A DNA stretch of 63,057 bases, filler included, from Reticulomyxa filosa (lineage: Eukaryota; Protista; Foraminifera): assembly GCA_000512085.1 (NCBI GenBank). It is 22 parts of 22 records of this genome, joined end to end, with 100 filler letters (N's around TTAATTAATTAA, not from the genome) between each part and the next. Parts side by side here need not be neighbours in the genome. Positions count along the whole stretch, not along the records: positions 1 to 1,518 come from ASPP01028613.1; positions 1,619 to 2,696 come from ASPP01040962.1; positions 2,797 to 5,025 come from ASPP01021633.1; positions 5,126 to 6,263 come from ASPP01022365.1; positions 6,364 to 13,639 come from ASPP01004516.1; positions 13,740 to 25,932 come from ASPP01009986.1; 16 more parts are not named here. One strand, given 5' to 3'. The notes beneath the pieces were generated by a model, which searched no databases, was not told the DNA's origin, and worked only from the letters and a program-made list of their open reading frames with translations. Below are positions 1 through 13,759 of the stretch, piece by piece (within the stretch, counting starts at the first letter, position 1; each line of letters starts with the position of its first letter). A program made the position numbers and the translations under genes.

Positions 1-619
1 AAGGGACCTTCTACTTTTTGGATGCTCAGCTAGCCAAAACAGGGAAAAAAAAGCGATACATTTTACATTTTGACACACGAAAAAAAAGAATGTTTTAAGA
101 AGCAGTTAAAATCAAAATAAATTCATAAAACACATTTTATCACAAATTTGGAATATGTTTTATCAAACTCATTTTTCAATTGTGTTGATCAAATTACTTA
201 ATAAAGATAAAATATGTAAGAACTCAAAAAAGAAATCTTTTTAAGAATTTACAATGAAATTGAATAAATCAAGAGAAAGAGGTGATACTTTGCTCAAAAT
301 AGTTTGACCTATTAATGCAACTTATTTTAATAACGTGTAATTATCTGGTTTAGCAATTTTACTAGGTCACCCAAGGTCCATTCTTTTTTTTATTTCACAA
401 ATACTGAGTTCAAGCTTTGTATTGTTAAAAAAAGAACAAATTTTCAAAAATTAATTAACGAACAAAAAAAATTTGTTTTGTGGAGTTATATCCCAATTCT
501 TTTTAATTTTTTATTTAACTTTTGTTGGGTTAGTTTGTGAAATTTATTCCACAATATTGTTTTAGTTTTTAATTTTTAAATATTTTGGTTTCAATTGTTC
601 ATTATTTAATTTAATGGTT

Positions 620-1320
620 TCACAATTGTAATTTCATATTTTTAATTCTAAATTCTTTATTTCAATGCTATTCATTGCATGTTCACTTCGTTATCTTAAA
701 TCTTCAATACTATTTGCAATCAGGACAATTAAATAATGACTTGTCTGAAATGAATTAATATTATCAAATCCAATGTTCGCCCATACTGGTAATTTGACTT
801 TTGATACTAAACAGATCTCGTTATTGCAATATCCTTGCAAATTAATTCCTGGTTTTGTTTCTCCAATTTCTGTTTGTTTCGTTTCTTTTTGTACACTTTT
901 ATTATTTACATTTGTTTAAACAATGAATAGAAACAAGATCAAAGAAATTCAGTGAATAAAACGAGCAAGAAAAAAAAAATGTAAGTTGAGTGTCATGAAA
1001 CAAACAAATAAAATAAATCTGTTATCACTTGTTATACATTCTCCAATGTATTTTCTCCTTTGTGATCTGCTTCTAATTTGTCCTATTTTTTTTTGTGGAT
1101 TAATATAAATTGAATGGAAAGACATTATTGTTTTTGTTATTTCGATACCTCTTTTTCAACGAATTGTCGAATAATCCTTTAATCACCAATTCAATATTTC
1201 CACCATGATTTGCTATTTTTTTTCTGTAACTCTTCTTCGTTGATAGAGTCTCCAAATAATCGAACTAATGTTTTTATTTCCTTTTGATACAAATCAGTTC
1301 TAAGGAAAGTTCTTTAAAAA
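620..1320 (-). pseudogene. Decayed member of a lineage-expanded hypothetical protein family ('KPGINLQGYC' family)
   Basis: Manual translation gives YQKEIKTLVRLFGDSINEEELQKKIANHGGNIELVIK and TEIGETKPGINLQGYCNNEICLVSKVKLPVWANIGF, followed by frameshifts and stops. Family recognised from memory. Confidence 0.6.
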
Positions 1321-1518
1321 ATAAATTTAAGACCCCTTTGGTTTAATAATCAGTGTTTTGCGGTTTGAAGATATTTATTGTTTGTCCATATATAGTTTCT
1401 TATATCTCTGATAAAAATCCTTTTGATTGTTGGCAATAGATATCTAAAGTCAAGGTACGCAATAAAATTCCGTCAATTAAAAATTTAGTTATAGAATTGC
1501 AAAGATATGAAATTACAA

Positions 1519-1618
1519 NNNNNNNNNNNNNNNNNNNNNNNNNNNNNNNNNNNNNNNNNNNNTTAATTAATTAANNNNNNNNNNNNNNNNNNNNNNNNNN
1601 NNNNNNNNNNNNNNNNNN
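1519..1618. other. Artificial contig-joining spacer (first of 21)
   Basis: 44 N + TTAATTAATTAA (stops in all six frames) + 44 N. Identical 100-bp spacers start at 2697, 5026, 6264, 13640, 25933, 28399, 30438, 32284, 33460, 39028, 40399, 47142, 48372, 49905, 51805, 52916, 54617, 56395, 60512 and 61612. Confidence 0.99.
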
Positions 1619-2530
1619 CAATGCATCCAACGATAGTATGATATCTCCAATGTTGGTTTCCAGTCGCACATTGTCCCGATTCGATAGCTTACGAGTTGAA
1701 AACAGCAGATTCCATGTCTTATGAGGAGCATTTGTTAATATCGTGAGGATTGATGGCAATATCGTCCCCATTGGCGAGCCTTGCAATATCGATAATAGCG
1801 ACTTTTTCGTTTGCTATTTCAAAACAAATACAAATCAATCTATTGACGTATACGTATATACATATATATATATATATATTTTTTTTTTTTTAATAATTTA
1901 AAAAAGAACCTTTATTTTTTTGTCATTGCATTTTGCTTGAATAAATTCCATTGCGTCTTTGGACTTGACAAAAATGTCATTTAAATAACACACGAACGCG
2001 TCGAACGAATGCGATTCAAACGACGACGTGATTGTATTGGAGACTTTGGATAACATCGAGTTGTGAAAGAGCAATAGAAGCAACTCATTTTCGGAGATGG
2101 AAGGGCCAGTTGTGTCTTCTACGGCCTTGCCGCCGTTCAATACCTCTTCCATTTTCATCTGGCTTTCCATAAATGTCTTGTCGATCAAGTGCTTTAACAC
2201 ATTGTGGTAAAAGGATAAGTCGATCACCATATCACATACCTCTGGTTTCAAATGTTCACAAAAGGATTGGACCACTTGCCATCGCTTGGAGAAATTTGAG
2301 TCGATTATTCTGCGGCGTATATGTGTATATGTGTATAATCGAATCAACAAATCATAGTTGTCATATGTGTATATATTTCGGGTTAACTGAGTGAAGAAAT
2401 GTTTCCAGTCGTATTTTTTGGAAAAACGCACAAAAAAGCGACTGTTTTTAAGAAAACATTGCGCGACGGTATCCCGTGTGTGTGCGATCACTCCATTTCC
2501 CTCTGCAACGAGCATGTCCAGCAAATATGT
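1619..2530 (-). CDS. Hypothetical protein, internal exons (partial)
   Basis: 208-aa ORF 1898-2524 and a further exon ~1619-1820, separated by a T/TA-repeat intron. No family recognised. Confidence 0.55.
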
Positions 2531-2796
2531 TCTATAAGTTCACAAACAAACAAACAAACAAACAAACAAATAAATAAATAAATAAATGAACAAGCACTAA
2601 ATCAAAGTCTCAAATTGTCATACAACTGCATGATTGCACAATTGCACAATCAATCAATCACAATAACAATAACAACAACAATAACAACAACAATAANNNN
2701 NNNNNNNNNNNNNNNNNNNNNNNNNNNNNNNNNNNNNNNNTTAATTAATTAANNNNNNNNNNNNNNNNNNNNNNNNNNNNNNNNNNNNNNNNNNNN

Positions 2797-3196
2797 CTTG
2801 TGTTGATATTTGTAGTTGTTCTTGTTGAAATTGTCGTGGACATATCACATCCAATTCATTAATGTATCGCTTTGCCAATCGACCTTGAGAATACGAACAG
2901 TTGTCATGATGTTCGACTGGACAAGAATTTGGATTTTGACTAATGAATTGATTCAGGCAGTTCTATCTGACGATCAATGATTCGTCCATGTTTTTATGTT
3001 GAGTACAATTAATTTCCATTGGATTGTTGGCCACTTGTTTGCAAATCAAACAAATAAAATCGTGAATGGAATCCTGCTTGTTCAATTGTAAAATCCAATT
3101 TTTGTCAAAGCAAGTCTGTTGTTCAGTAATTGAGTTCAAGTCCAATTTTGCATTGTCTTTGCTTTTTTCTTCTTCCATCTTACTCAGTTTCTTCAT
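2797..3196 (-). pseudogene. RING/TRAF-type zinc-finger family pseudogene (5' part)
   Basis: CFDKNWILQLNKQDSIHDFICLICKQVANNPMEINC...ESLIVR*NCLNQFISQNPNSCPVEHHDNC...ELDVICPRQF. An in-frame TAG at 2963-2965 interrupts the Cys pattern, which continues in frame. Confidence 0.8.
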
Positions 3197-4839
3197 TTTA
3201 GTTCTTGGTTTCTTAAGTAGATGATGTGGAGGAATTGATTATGGAGTTTTTTTTTGAACTGGGGAAGTTTTGTTGTGGCAACCCTAATTTTTTTTTTTTT
3301 GGTTCAAAAATCACAACATTTGAAAAAAAGTTCATTTCAAAAATTGTTTTTAATTATTAACATTAGGATAACATGTTCTAATTACTGAACTCATGTGAGA
3401 AAGCAGATAAAACATTTATTGTTAAACATGAGACTTTATTTGTAACTTTCACAAAAAAAAAAATGTAACATATTGGTCCTTATTCAAACAGTTTTGTTTT
3501 CTTACTTGGCCGTTTCCTACAAAAAGGGGAAGACCTCAGGAGTCTTCAATTCAAACTTCACTTGCAAAAAAGGATGAAAAGTAAATGAATTTGCCACCAG
3601 TACAACATTTGAGTACTTTTCTTGCTTATTCATGTGATAAATATTTTTAACAGTCATTTCATATCAATGAAATTAAATGATCTTTTTTCCTTCCGTTTTT
3701 TATTTAGATCAACTGATAGTCATTTGAACACTGTTATGAATAATTGAAATAAAAACACTTAAATTTTTTATGCTTTGATTCTATTCATCAAATTTTAATT
3801 TGACGTGAAAAAATTGTCTACGAGAACCCCTTATTCAATGCTCTCTGTCTAAGGTCAGCTGTAATAATCAAGAAACTGGAATGATTATAAAAAAAAACCG
3901 TTCATTTAATGTTATACACAATTCATACTTTGCTTATTATGTCATTGTGGAAACAAAGCAAGTGATAGAAAAGGATTGAACATAGAAGAGTGAACATACT
4001 TACAAATATTTCTTCATAGTTCGACAATTTTCAATATATTCTCAAAATAAAAAGAATTAAATGTGTTGTGTTAAATGGATTTTGTTGTAGTTATTGCGTT
4101 AATATATGCTTTGTTGATCAATTCTTTTCAAAGCACATTTATTGATTGAATTACTTTCAAATTTTTCCTATATTTGTCATTGTATTCTTTGAAGAGATGC
4201 ATGAATTGCATACATTATATATCGTTATCAATTAATTTGAAATAGTTTAATAATTAAGTTTTTTGTTATTTTTAAAATAAATTATTTGTACTCAGAAGAG
4301 TCAATTTCAATCCAATTTTTTATCTATTTTTTTTCTGGTGTGGATTTTTGTTAGAAAAGGATAAAATTGGCCACCTGCAAATAATTTCTAAATTGGACAC
4401 CAATTCATCTTTCTGTTTTTGATTTGAAAAACTTGGAAAAAAAAAATGATTGCTTCATTTTCTTTCATCAACTATACTTATATTATCTTGGTATAGTTTA
4501 GAGGTCTGTTAATTGTTGCAATGACAAAAAAAAAACTCTTTCCTATAGGAAAAAAAATTGCATTGGTATGTATATATAAACAATACTTTATAAAATAAAA
4601 CACTCATTTCTCACACAAAGTTTATATTATTAAATAAAAGGATTTTTTTACTGACCCTTCATGATCTTAAAAAAAAAAGTTGAAAAGAATCTTTTTACCA
4701 TCTTTACATCATCAAAGATCATCTCAAGGAAAAAAAAAAATGGAAGATGCTTTAGCTTAGCAATGAAAGTTTTGTTTAAGTTGTTTTTTTAAGTTTTTGT
4801 TATTATTGTTTTTCTCATTTTGCTTTATGATTAAAACAG

Positions 4840-5025
4840 TCAAAAGAAAAAGAAATCCAAATCATTATTTATCATTGGATACGAAAATTAAAGATTAAAT
4901 TAGGATGGATCAAAGATTTTGACAAACTCGTTGTCAAATATGTATGTTTATTTGTTCTTTCTTTTCCAATCAAAACATTCCAATATTATTTAACATAGGC
5001 ATCTACTATTTTCATGTTTGACACA
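4840..5025 (+). CDS. WD40-repeat family gene, N-terminal exons (truncated by contig end)
   Basis: EKEIQIIIYHWIRKLKIKLGWIKDFDKLVVKY, intron gtatgt..catag, then ASTIFMFDT. Leader and intron position match the copy at 61712-62214. Confidence 0.8.
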
Positions 5026-5536
5026 NNNNNNNNNNNNNNNNNNNNNNNNNNNNNNNNNNNNNNNNNNNNTTAATTAATTAANNNNNNNNNNNNNNNNNNN
5101 NNNNNNNNNNNNNNNNNNNNNNNNNATTTTGTGCTTGATGCTTTTTTTCCTTTTTTTGAGATTTCTTGTGTCTTTTTATTGTCGTGTGGACAAACCAAAT
5201 TGTTAAAAGTGACAACGATACAAAACACCGTATTGTTTTTTTTGTTCCTTCTCCCTCTTCCTGCAAAGAAAAACAAAGCCGATTTGTTTGTCGTACTTTC
5301 AAACTCAGATTGCACATACTTGGATAGAAAAGACAAAAGGGTGACAGATTGTCAAACTGGGTTATGATTTACCCCATTTTTTCTTGTACAATAGAATTTG
5401 GTGATTATAAACAAAGACAAAGCCCAAGGAAAAACGTTTTTACATTATATTTTTAAAAAATATCGCAATAAGATTTGCTAAATTAACATCATTTATAATT
5501 TTTCTCACGTGGCAATGTGCTTCTAAAATTGTAATA

Positions 5537-5772
5537 AAATTACTTTATGATAGTATTGAATCTTGTTATCTTCATTTAAAAAAAGAATTATATGGTAATA
5601 TTGTATTATCTGGAGGAAATACTTTATTTCCAAACATGAAAGAACGCATTCAAATGGAACTTAAAAATCTTATTCCATTTAATCAAGATCGTATTCATGT
5701 AGAAGCGCCTAATGATAGAAAATATAGTGTATGGATTGGAGGTGTATACTTTCTTCTTCACCAATTTTCTGA
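5537..5772 (+). pseudogene. Actin/actin-related C-terminal fragment
   Basis: KLLYDSIESCYLHLKKELYGNIVLSGGNTLFPNMKERIQMELKNL..HVEAPNDRKYSVWIGG, then a 1-nt shift to (S)ILSS. Matches actin NxVLSGGTT..ERKYSVWIGGSILASL. Absent from the ORF track. Confidence 0.85.
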
Positions 5773-7259
5773 AAGTAAAGGAAATGCTATTTTACGGAAA
5801 TGTTTTTAATTTTTTTTTCATCTCAAATAAATACTATTTCAAATAAGGCAATATTTCAATTTTTTTGTTTGAAGATGTAAAAAAGTCAGCAAATAATGTG
5901 TTTAACAGATTACTTTGATTTTGCTTTATTATTTAAACTAACTTGGTGTATTGGTTATATACAATAAAAAAATCTTTTGCTACAATTGAACAAATTACTT
6001 AAATAAGAACAGCATATAAAATATTTTCTTTGTGAAAAAGTTCTTATAATGAAATGACAGATTCTTTAAGAAAAAAAGAAATTATTTGAACTAAAAAAGT
6101 CAAAAGAAAACAACTTGTAGAAAAAAAAAGTTGAACTGAGCGCTTTTTCCCTTTTTTCCGAAGCTGTTCGTTTTCGTTCGTGTCCGGTGTCCAGTGGTGG
6201 CGAATAAATAATGATATTTACGTTGATTTCGTTCGGAGAGAGTTAAACAAACACTTTTTTTTTNNNNNNNNNNNNNNNNNNNNNNNNNNNNNNNNNNNNN
6301 NNNNNNNTTAATTAATTAANNNNNNNNNNNNNNNNNNNNNNNNNNNNNNNNNNNNNNNNNNNNGCCATTTAGGTATGGCAGTTTTTTTTGCAATCTACTG
6401 TATAGCACTTATAAAAGAATAAAAGTTTTAAACATAACTTATCATGTGCAAATTTGGGGAGACATGTCTAAACTTTTTTTTGTGTTAATTCAATAACTTT
6501 AAAAAAAGACAGGAAGTTTCAAATGTAATAGCAATAACGAGGCTTTCCTGTGATTCTAAAAAATTACTTAATATTTTGAGAACCCTTTAAATATTGATAA
6601 TTGATAAAAAAAATAACCTTGCTTCTCCTCTATCAAGCAAAACAAGTTTAGAGAATGACTACTCCTCTTACTGAAGCACAGATATCAACACAATCACCTC
6701 TGGTAAACTTCGTTTAATCCTTTAAAAACTCTACTCGCTTTTTGGCAATAATTGTAATTGAATCAGCTCGCCATGTAGATGGCATAATTTTTTTCAAAAT
6801 AGTGCAGTTATCAAGTTGTTTTTAAGTCCTTAGTTTTTGGAGATACTCATATCAAAAAATTAACTGATAAAGCTGAAATATATTAATTGTGCAATTATAT
6901 TGATTGTGCAATTGTGCTCCAACAAAACTGACACAGTAGGTTTTTTTTCAAGGACTTCCTTTTTTTTTACGTGTTAATTTTGCCAAGAACCAACAAAAAT
7001 GCACTTTGCACTCTTTCTGATCAAAAAAAAAATGAGAAAATTTAAAAGAAAAATATGATTTCTTGAAGTTTTTGACCATGCTTATTAGGTTTATCACCTT
7101 GGATATATGTATTACAAAAAAAAGAGGCACTCTTTGAAGTAAATCGTTAATTACAATTATTTTGCTAATCAAGAATGCAAGGAATCATAAAAAATATGCA
7201 AGAAAAACGTGGAAAATTTTGAACTCTTTAAACAATATTGTTTCAAAAAAATTGATCTA

Positions 7260-8398
7260 TTATTTAATGATTTAGTTTTTCTTTTTTTTTGTGACGTGGT
7301 TGGTGACTTATGAAGGAAAGTTAAATACAAGCACTTCATGCTTTCAGCAAAGAAGTAGCTCGGGCAAGAGTTTTGTCTTGATTTGGTGAGGAAATCTCTC
7401 AAAGCGGAATAGCCAACACAATTGGTGTTGCACTTGCAATAAGTAACAAAGTCGTTGAAGTAATCAACGGCCCGATTGTAGTACATTGTGTTATTAGTAA
7501 AGACATATATATAATAATTCGACTCAACGTTTTCGGGGTTCAAGTCTTACTTCAGATTGGTGGGTAACATGTAAAAGAAAGTCATACACACCAGGTTCGA
7601 TATCGTACTGTTCCCACATTTCCCAATTGGTATTTTAATTTGCCTCGGCAATTCCATTTCACTAGCCAATGCTGACTCAGCTGTAAAATAAGCAGCATAC
7701 AAGTCATACTCATATCCCTGAATAAATTATAAACATTATACGTATATGTATATGATGTTATATTATTAAAACAAATATTTCTGACAATTTTTCCATTGTT
7801 CATATTGGCGATAATAAACCACAAGTCTTGACCTTGGAACTTAAATAGGTGGTAATGGAGTACATAGTGTCGTTCCACCATTGCAGACAGTCATTTTCTG
7901 CAAACAACTTCCAACATTTGAGTAACTATTCATAGTAGCTGTCAATGCCGGTATCGGTTTGCGTGACAAAGCCGATGCTGCTTTGTGCGTTTTTCAGCAA
8001 TTGTAAGTTCTTTTTGGCTGCGTTGTAGTGCTTTATGTCGCTAGTCAAATAGCTCAAACACTCAAACTCGATGATCGCCTGGTTCGTTGTCAGCGTTTGC
8101 TTGTTTACCTCCCCTTTTTTTTTTTAAAGAAATACCAAACCCAAGTCAATCGCGTGGTCTAATAAACACTTTTCCTGAAAATGAATCGCTGACAGTCCAC
8201 CGAGTAAGCGAATTGTACAAATTAAACGCTCGTAATAGTTAAATCTTAGACTTTCACTCAGAAAATACATTCGTTTATTTAGTATGTCAACTTTTTTGCA
8301 TAAAGTGGTTTGTAACAACTTTGAGTGTTTTGTGGCAAACTTGCCTCTTAAAAAAACAAGAAAATATAGACTTGTAGTCAGCAGTCGTTTGACTATCA
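7260..8398 (-). pseudogene. Glycoside hydrolase family 47 (alpha-1,2-mannosidase/EDEM-like) pseudogene
   Basis: Motifs TIRLLGGLSA, LLDHAIDLG, GIDSYYE*LLKCW, NPENVESNYY and SYFFAESMKCLYLTF correspond to GH47 ETTIRxLGGL, DSYYEYLLK, RPETVES and SFFLAETLKYLYLLF. Multiple stops and frameshifts. Confidence 0.85.
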
Positions 8399-9589
8399 TT
8401 TTGTTTATGTAATATTTTTTGTTTGACTTTGTTAAAAAAAGCAAATTATCGTTTGTGTGTATGTAAAGACACAAAGCATTTTAACTTTTTATAATAATGT
8501 TTTTGTTTTTGTTGAATAATATATTGTTTTAAATGGCCCATATACTCGCAAACCTTTACATTGTATATAAACAATATGTATATATACTATATTTACATAT
8601 GATATATAAATATATATGACAGTAAACAAAAGAAAAAGATATAAAACAGCTGATATAATATTGTCGTTTCCGGATTGACTGAAGAATCATTGCGAAAACT
8701 TGATTATTGAGTTTTATTCACCGGTGTTATTTTTTACGAGGTCATTTTTTAATTGATTGAAGATAGCTTCTGGCAGTGTATGCTTGTTTGAAATGAAAGA
8801 AGAAATGGAGTACGAGCGGCGCGTATGTTGGTACTGTCGTGTTCAACATCGGATCGTTGCAGATTCTTGGACACAGACTCGAGTTAGAAGGACTTTGTAC
8901 TTTTCTTTTTGTACATATCGTCTTTGTCTTTCTCGTCGAGATTATTCGGCGTAAGGATCAGATCTTCAAGAAAGTGATAAATGATACAATGAACACTAGT
9001 GAGTAAAAATAATGATTTAATAATTTTTTTGTCTTTTTCAAAAAAATGATTTTTTGTCAAAAAAAAACTACTAACAAGACGATAATATTATTTTGATGTT
9101 ACGATGTTTAATCTTTTGAAATAATGACTTCAAGTTTTCGTTATTGCTATATTGCATCCAACTGTATCATTATGTAAAATATTGATTTTTAGATACGCAA
9201 CAATTATACAAAAAAAAAGCGGAACACAGTCCGATTTTGTATAGAATCGAAGAAAGACGTTCATTATAACTCAAACGTGTGAAGCGTTGTAAAAGAGTTT
9301 CCAAGTAAATACGTTGTAGTTAATTGATACAACTTCACCAATAGGGCTAGCACAAGCAACGACAACAAGTTTTTTTTTCTGACTTATTTAATCTTTGAGT
9401 TTCCTTTTTGATCTGACGAATAACAATGAAGTCCGCACTAATAGCGTTGTATGCAATACTTCTCTACTATTTTTTTTTCGTTTGCCATGGATAGATGATA
9501 TAGATATAGATTGTTTTGTCTTAACGTATAAACCTTCGTCAAATGATGTAAAAATTCACATACGTTATGTTACACATCGTGCTGTTTCA

Positions 9590-10235
9590 ATGGAAAAAGT
9601 GAAAATGAACCTAATGAATATTGTGAAGGAGAGCGCATGGTGCGTGAACTAATATCTAATGATGACGAAAAGCCATCAACGGAAAAATTACAGCGACTTG
9701 TGTTTTTAATTGGAGCCGATCCAGAGAATTACAAAGAAACCTACGTGATGCTAATGAAACATGTCACCGATTACAAAAACCTGCACTACACAGAAAAAGT
9801 TGAAATCAAAAACTATAATAGTAGAAAAAGAAGGTTGTTGTTATTGCGAACAATCGTATGAGTTTTTTTTTTCAAAAAAAAGGGTCTTATCATAGTAGAA
9901 TACCTACTGAAATATGCCGATACTCGATTTGTTCGATCCTGTAAGTTGGATATTAAACATTTTCTAGACTTGAAAAAGTACAAGTATATTTCGAATGGCA
10001 GAGACTGTGACGAAAATGGTTGGAAATTTTTTTTTCTGAATTACAATTAAAAAAAAAAAGGGTATATGGGAAATATATTTTATTCAAATCAAATCCAAAT
10101 TAATTATTTGAAACTCAAAAATATAAATAAATTGAAAAAAATAAATTTTGCGACAGTGCGACAAATAGCATTAGGCATTGTTCAAATGTTAGAAAATGAA
10201 GAAGAATTGGTAGCTGCACGCTATCAAGCACAAGG
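9590..10235 (+). pseudogene. ENTH-domain (epsin-like) gene, frameshifted
   Basis: MEKVKMNLMNI/(S)EGERMVRELISNDDEKPS...KGLIIVEYLLKYADTRFV...YKYISNGRD...VRQIALGIVQMLENEEELVAARYQA follows ENTH KVREATSND..KALTLLEYL..GxDxG.NVR. One-nt shift near 9623; introns retained. Confidence 0.75.
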
Positions 10236-11180
10236 GTTAGTTTTTTGTTTTATCTTATTTTTATTAATTAACAAAACAAGACATTGAGTATATACAGTTT
10301 ATTTCTGTGATTGTGATATTTTTAATATATATGTATACATATGTCATGTGTTTTTTCAAAAAAAATATTTCAAAACAAATGAAAATGGACATCGAATTTT
10401 AAATATCATTTGTTGTGAATACAAACTGCAGTCTACATGAGTTTAGTTTGAGCATAATATGCACGTGGTGTTTGATATTTTTATAAATTGATCATAATTA
10501 TTAATGTAAACTAATACATAACATAAATGACAATATTATATCAAAAAATATAGTAAACTCAAAAAAGACGAAAAAGAACATAGCAACAAATTATCGGATG
10601 AATCCAAAAGTATCAACATGTTTGTCTATAAGAAACAAAATTTTTTATTGTGATCACATTTTAAATATATTACACTACTTGTAATCACAAACAAATAAAC
10701 AAAATTAAAATTAATACTTTTTGTGATTGTTGCTAATAGAAAAAACACATATGATATAAAGAAAATGAAAATCAAAATAAACAGAAAGAAGGAAAACATT
10801 CTACCAAAAAAAGGAAACTGTAAGAAAAGAAAAAGAAACAAACAATTATATATTAAAAAAAACTTAACAAAAAAAGAAAAATAGAATTACAAGATATAGT
10901 AACTACAAAATTGCTGGAATGTCGAACTAATAAAAAACAAATAATAAATCGTAATTACAATCATAACCAAATACATAAAAGTAAGTAACTTAATTTCTTT
11001 TAAATATATTAATTTTTGTTTTGTAAATAAATTAATGTTTGATTCACACAAATTAGGAAATTTACATCGTAAAAAAGAACTTGAAATTACTATTAAGTTT
11101 CGTAAATACATTTTTTGTTAATTATGTTTTTTTTTAATGATATATTGTTAAAACACTATATTTGAAATTATAAATAGAAA

Positions 11181-12095
11181 AATGAAAGTATTAAAAAATA
11201 GAAATAATGCATACGTTATGAAGAACAATACACAAATAGAAGAAAAATCAGAACAAGTATCAAAACTAAACGACATATTCACAATAAAATTGCAACCATT
11301 AACAGAAGAACAAAAAGGTATTGTTCAGCAAAGTTTGAAAAAACGAAAAAAAATGAAATAGCTTTAATTTATGATAAAGAATATGGAAAATTGGCTGGCA
11401 GTGACATTCTAAGATTAAAACAAATACAATGGTTGAATGACGAAATAATAAACTACTATGCTGCGATGCTTGGAAATCGGTCCAATATAGGATAATGCAA
11501 GAGCATAGTCTTATTGATGAACTCTTTTATTTATTCCAAGTTGGCGGGCAATGGATACAATTATGGTGCTGTCAGTCGATGGACGAAGACTGTTCAGGTA
11601 TAACTTTAATAATATGTTATTATATTTGTACATATATTTGTAGTTTTAATTTTCTAGATTTTTATTATGTTATATTATACAAAATAGCTATATATAAGAT
11701 GCCTTTCCAAAGATGTCAAAACAATTTTTGACTTGGATAAAGTCATCTTTCCAATCAATATCAAAGATCATTGGCTTTGTGGATGTATTAATATTAAAAA
11801 GAAGAGAATTGAATTCTATTGTTCAATGGGGTCTGATTGTAAATAGCTTTATGTTATTTTTAAAAGATACATTGAAGATTAAATCAAAGATAAACAATTG
11901 TCAATGAACAAAGATTGGAGTTATTATGTGACTACATGCATTCCTTTACAAGAGAATAATTTTAATTGTGATGTATTTACATGTAAGTTCATGGATTATT
12001 TATGTGGTGACATCACTCCATACTTTGAACAAGAAGATATTGCCAATTTTAGATTGAAAATTGCATATGATATAATAACAAATAAATTGCTTTGA
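11181..12095 (+). pseudogene. Ulp1/SENP (peptidase C48) pseudogene
   Basis: SDILRLKQIQWLNDEIINYY, IFPINIKDHWLCGCIN..RIEFYCSMG and IPLQENNFNCDVFTCKF. The catalytic Asp of YDS is replaced (YCS), DCGVF is altered, and there are frameshifts. Confidence 0.85.
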
Positions 12096-12229
12096 CACAG
12101 TCGTTGAATTTTTTTTTTCTTGAATAAATAATTTGAATTGTACAGCCATTCCACATTTGAAATAATTTTTTTAATGTTGTGAACTGGATTGACCATAAGT
12201 AACAAAAGTCCCCAATATCAACAATTGAT

Positions 12230-13020
12230 TTCTCGCTTTCTCATTTCGTCCGTGATGACATCATACTTTCTTGCCTTGCGTCAACTGAACAGCAAGGTGT
12301 CATCTATCTTGTTCGTCCACTTTGTCAATAGTGAACTTGCACTCGATAATACTCCGATCGCTTCCGCTGATTATGTCGCGATAGTATTTCTTGTTGTCAT
12401 TAGTGATTGATACGTATACACTCATGGAACGGACCAAAGGGGAGAAAGAAGAAAAGAGAGGAAAAAAAAAAAGGGAGAAAGAAGAAAAGGGGTACTTTTC
12501 AGGTACTAATATGTATATAAACCATGCTCTTCGAATAGCAGGAATTCCACAGCATTTGTAAATTCGATATTAGGGGAACCAAAACTTTGTGCCGTAACCC
12601 CCATATCCAATTGTGCTGCTATCGTTGCTAATGTTTCCTTTACTTCTTCTGCTGGAAAGGTTGCTGTGTCTTTGTTTGCATCCTTTGCTTCTCCCCCCTT
12701 TCAATATTTATATTTATATTTATGGTATATGTACATATATAATTTCTTTTTTGACATAAATTGAACCAATCATACATTTTTATATTTCATGTGATAGATG
12801 TAGCCATTCTAGTCTCTTTCGATAAACGGATGGAAGAACGAGGATTTATGAACACCTGTGACGGTTCTTGCAATTGTGTCTTCATTACCACTTTAAAGTC
12901 GTGTTTTGTTCGTCGTGCATACAAAAAATAAAACAAATGGGCTCCATATAGCAAGAAGTTTGAAAGAAAAAGCAGATAGAAATAATTATAACCCTGAAAG
13001 TTGTTGTATTTCAACGGCCA
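12230..13020 (-). pseudogene. Decayed multi-exon gene with a possible UBA-like segment
   Basis: IAAQLDMG...NIEFTNAVEFLLFEE at ~12520-12640 weakly resembles a UBA domain. Surrounding exons are interrupted. Confidence 0.3.
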
Positions 13021-13759
13021 TGTTTTAGTACTGGCCAAATATGTTAAACCTTTGAAGAAAGAACAAATGCAAGAGATTGCTGAAACACTATGCAATTGAG
13101 TCTGAAAAACAATCACGTACTCTTTAAAAACTCTTTTTTAAAAAGTACTCACTTTTGCATACTTTTCGGCATGATATATTTTGATTTAGATAAAATTACT
13201 CGAAATAAACTCAGTTATCAAACGAATTGGAGTCGCTAGTCGATTTTTTTCTGATAATACAAGCAAAACGCTCTTGGTCTAACTTTCCATCTAGCTACAG
13301 CGTGTTTTGAGTAAAAATAGACCTAACTACTTATGTGGTGCTCAAAAATTCAAGGTCATTGACTATAAAGTGTATAGTGTGCAGATCTCATGATATCAAC
13401 CAACTGCTTTCATCAGTTTGATGTTTGTCAGCAGTTGTCGCTCCTCGTTTCTATCTCTTTTTTCTCTTGTTGTTTTTGGGAGAGGAGGGATCTGGAAAAA
13501 CATCATATTGTTTGGTTAAGTTTTTTTGTGTGCAATTATTTTCCTTATTTTTTTCTTTTATCTCTTTTCCCTCTCCTTGTCATATGATTTTTTCATGATT
13601 TTCTAGCTTGACTAAATCTCCTCAAACTTGTTTCGTTGCNNNNNNNNNNNNNNNNNNNNNNNNNNNNNNNNNNNNNNNNNNNNTTAATTAATTAANNNNN
13701 NNNNNNNNNNNNNNNNNNNNNNNNNNNNNNNNNNNNNNNCAAAAAAAAAAAAACAAAAA

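Noticed and set aside
2963-2965. Stop-codon reassignment (TAG = Glu)
   Set aside because: In-frame stops elsewhere align to different residues (Trp, Arg, Tyr) and co-occur with frameshifts, and the adjacent codon is also mutated. This fits pseudogenisation.
6140-6245. Small RNA gene or element terminus in a GC-richer patch
   Set aside because: No tRNA cloverleaf, snRNA motif or inverted terminus was recognisable.
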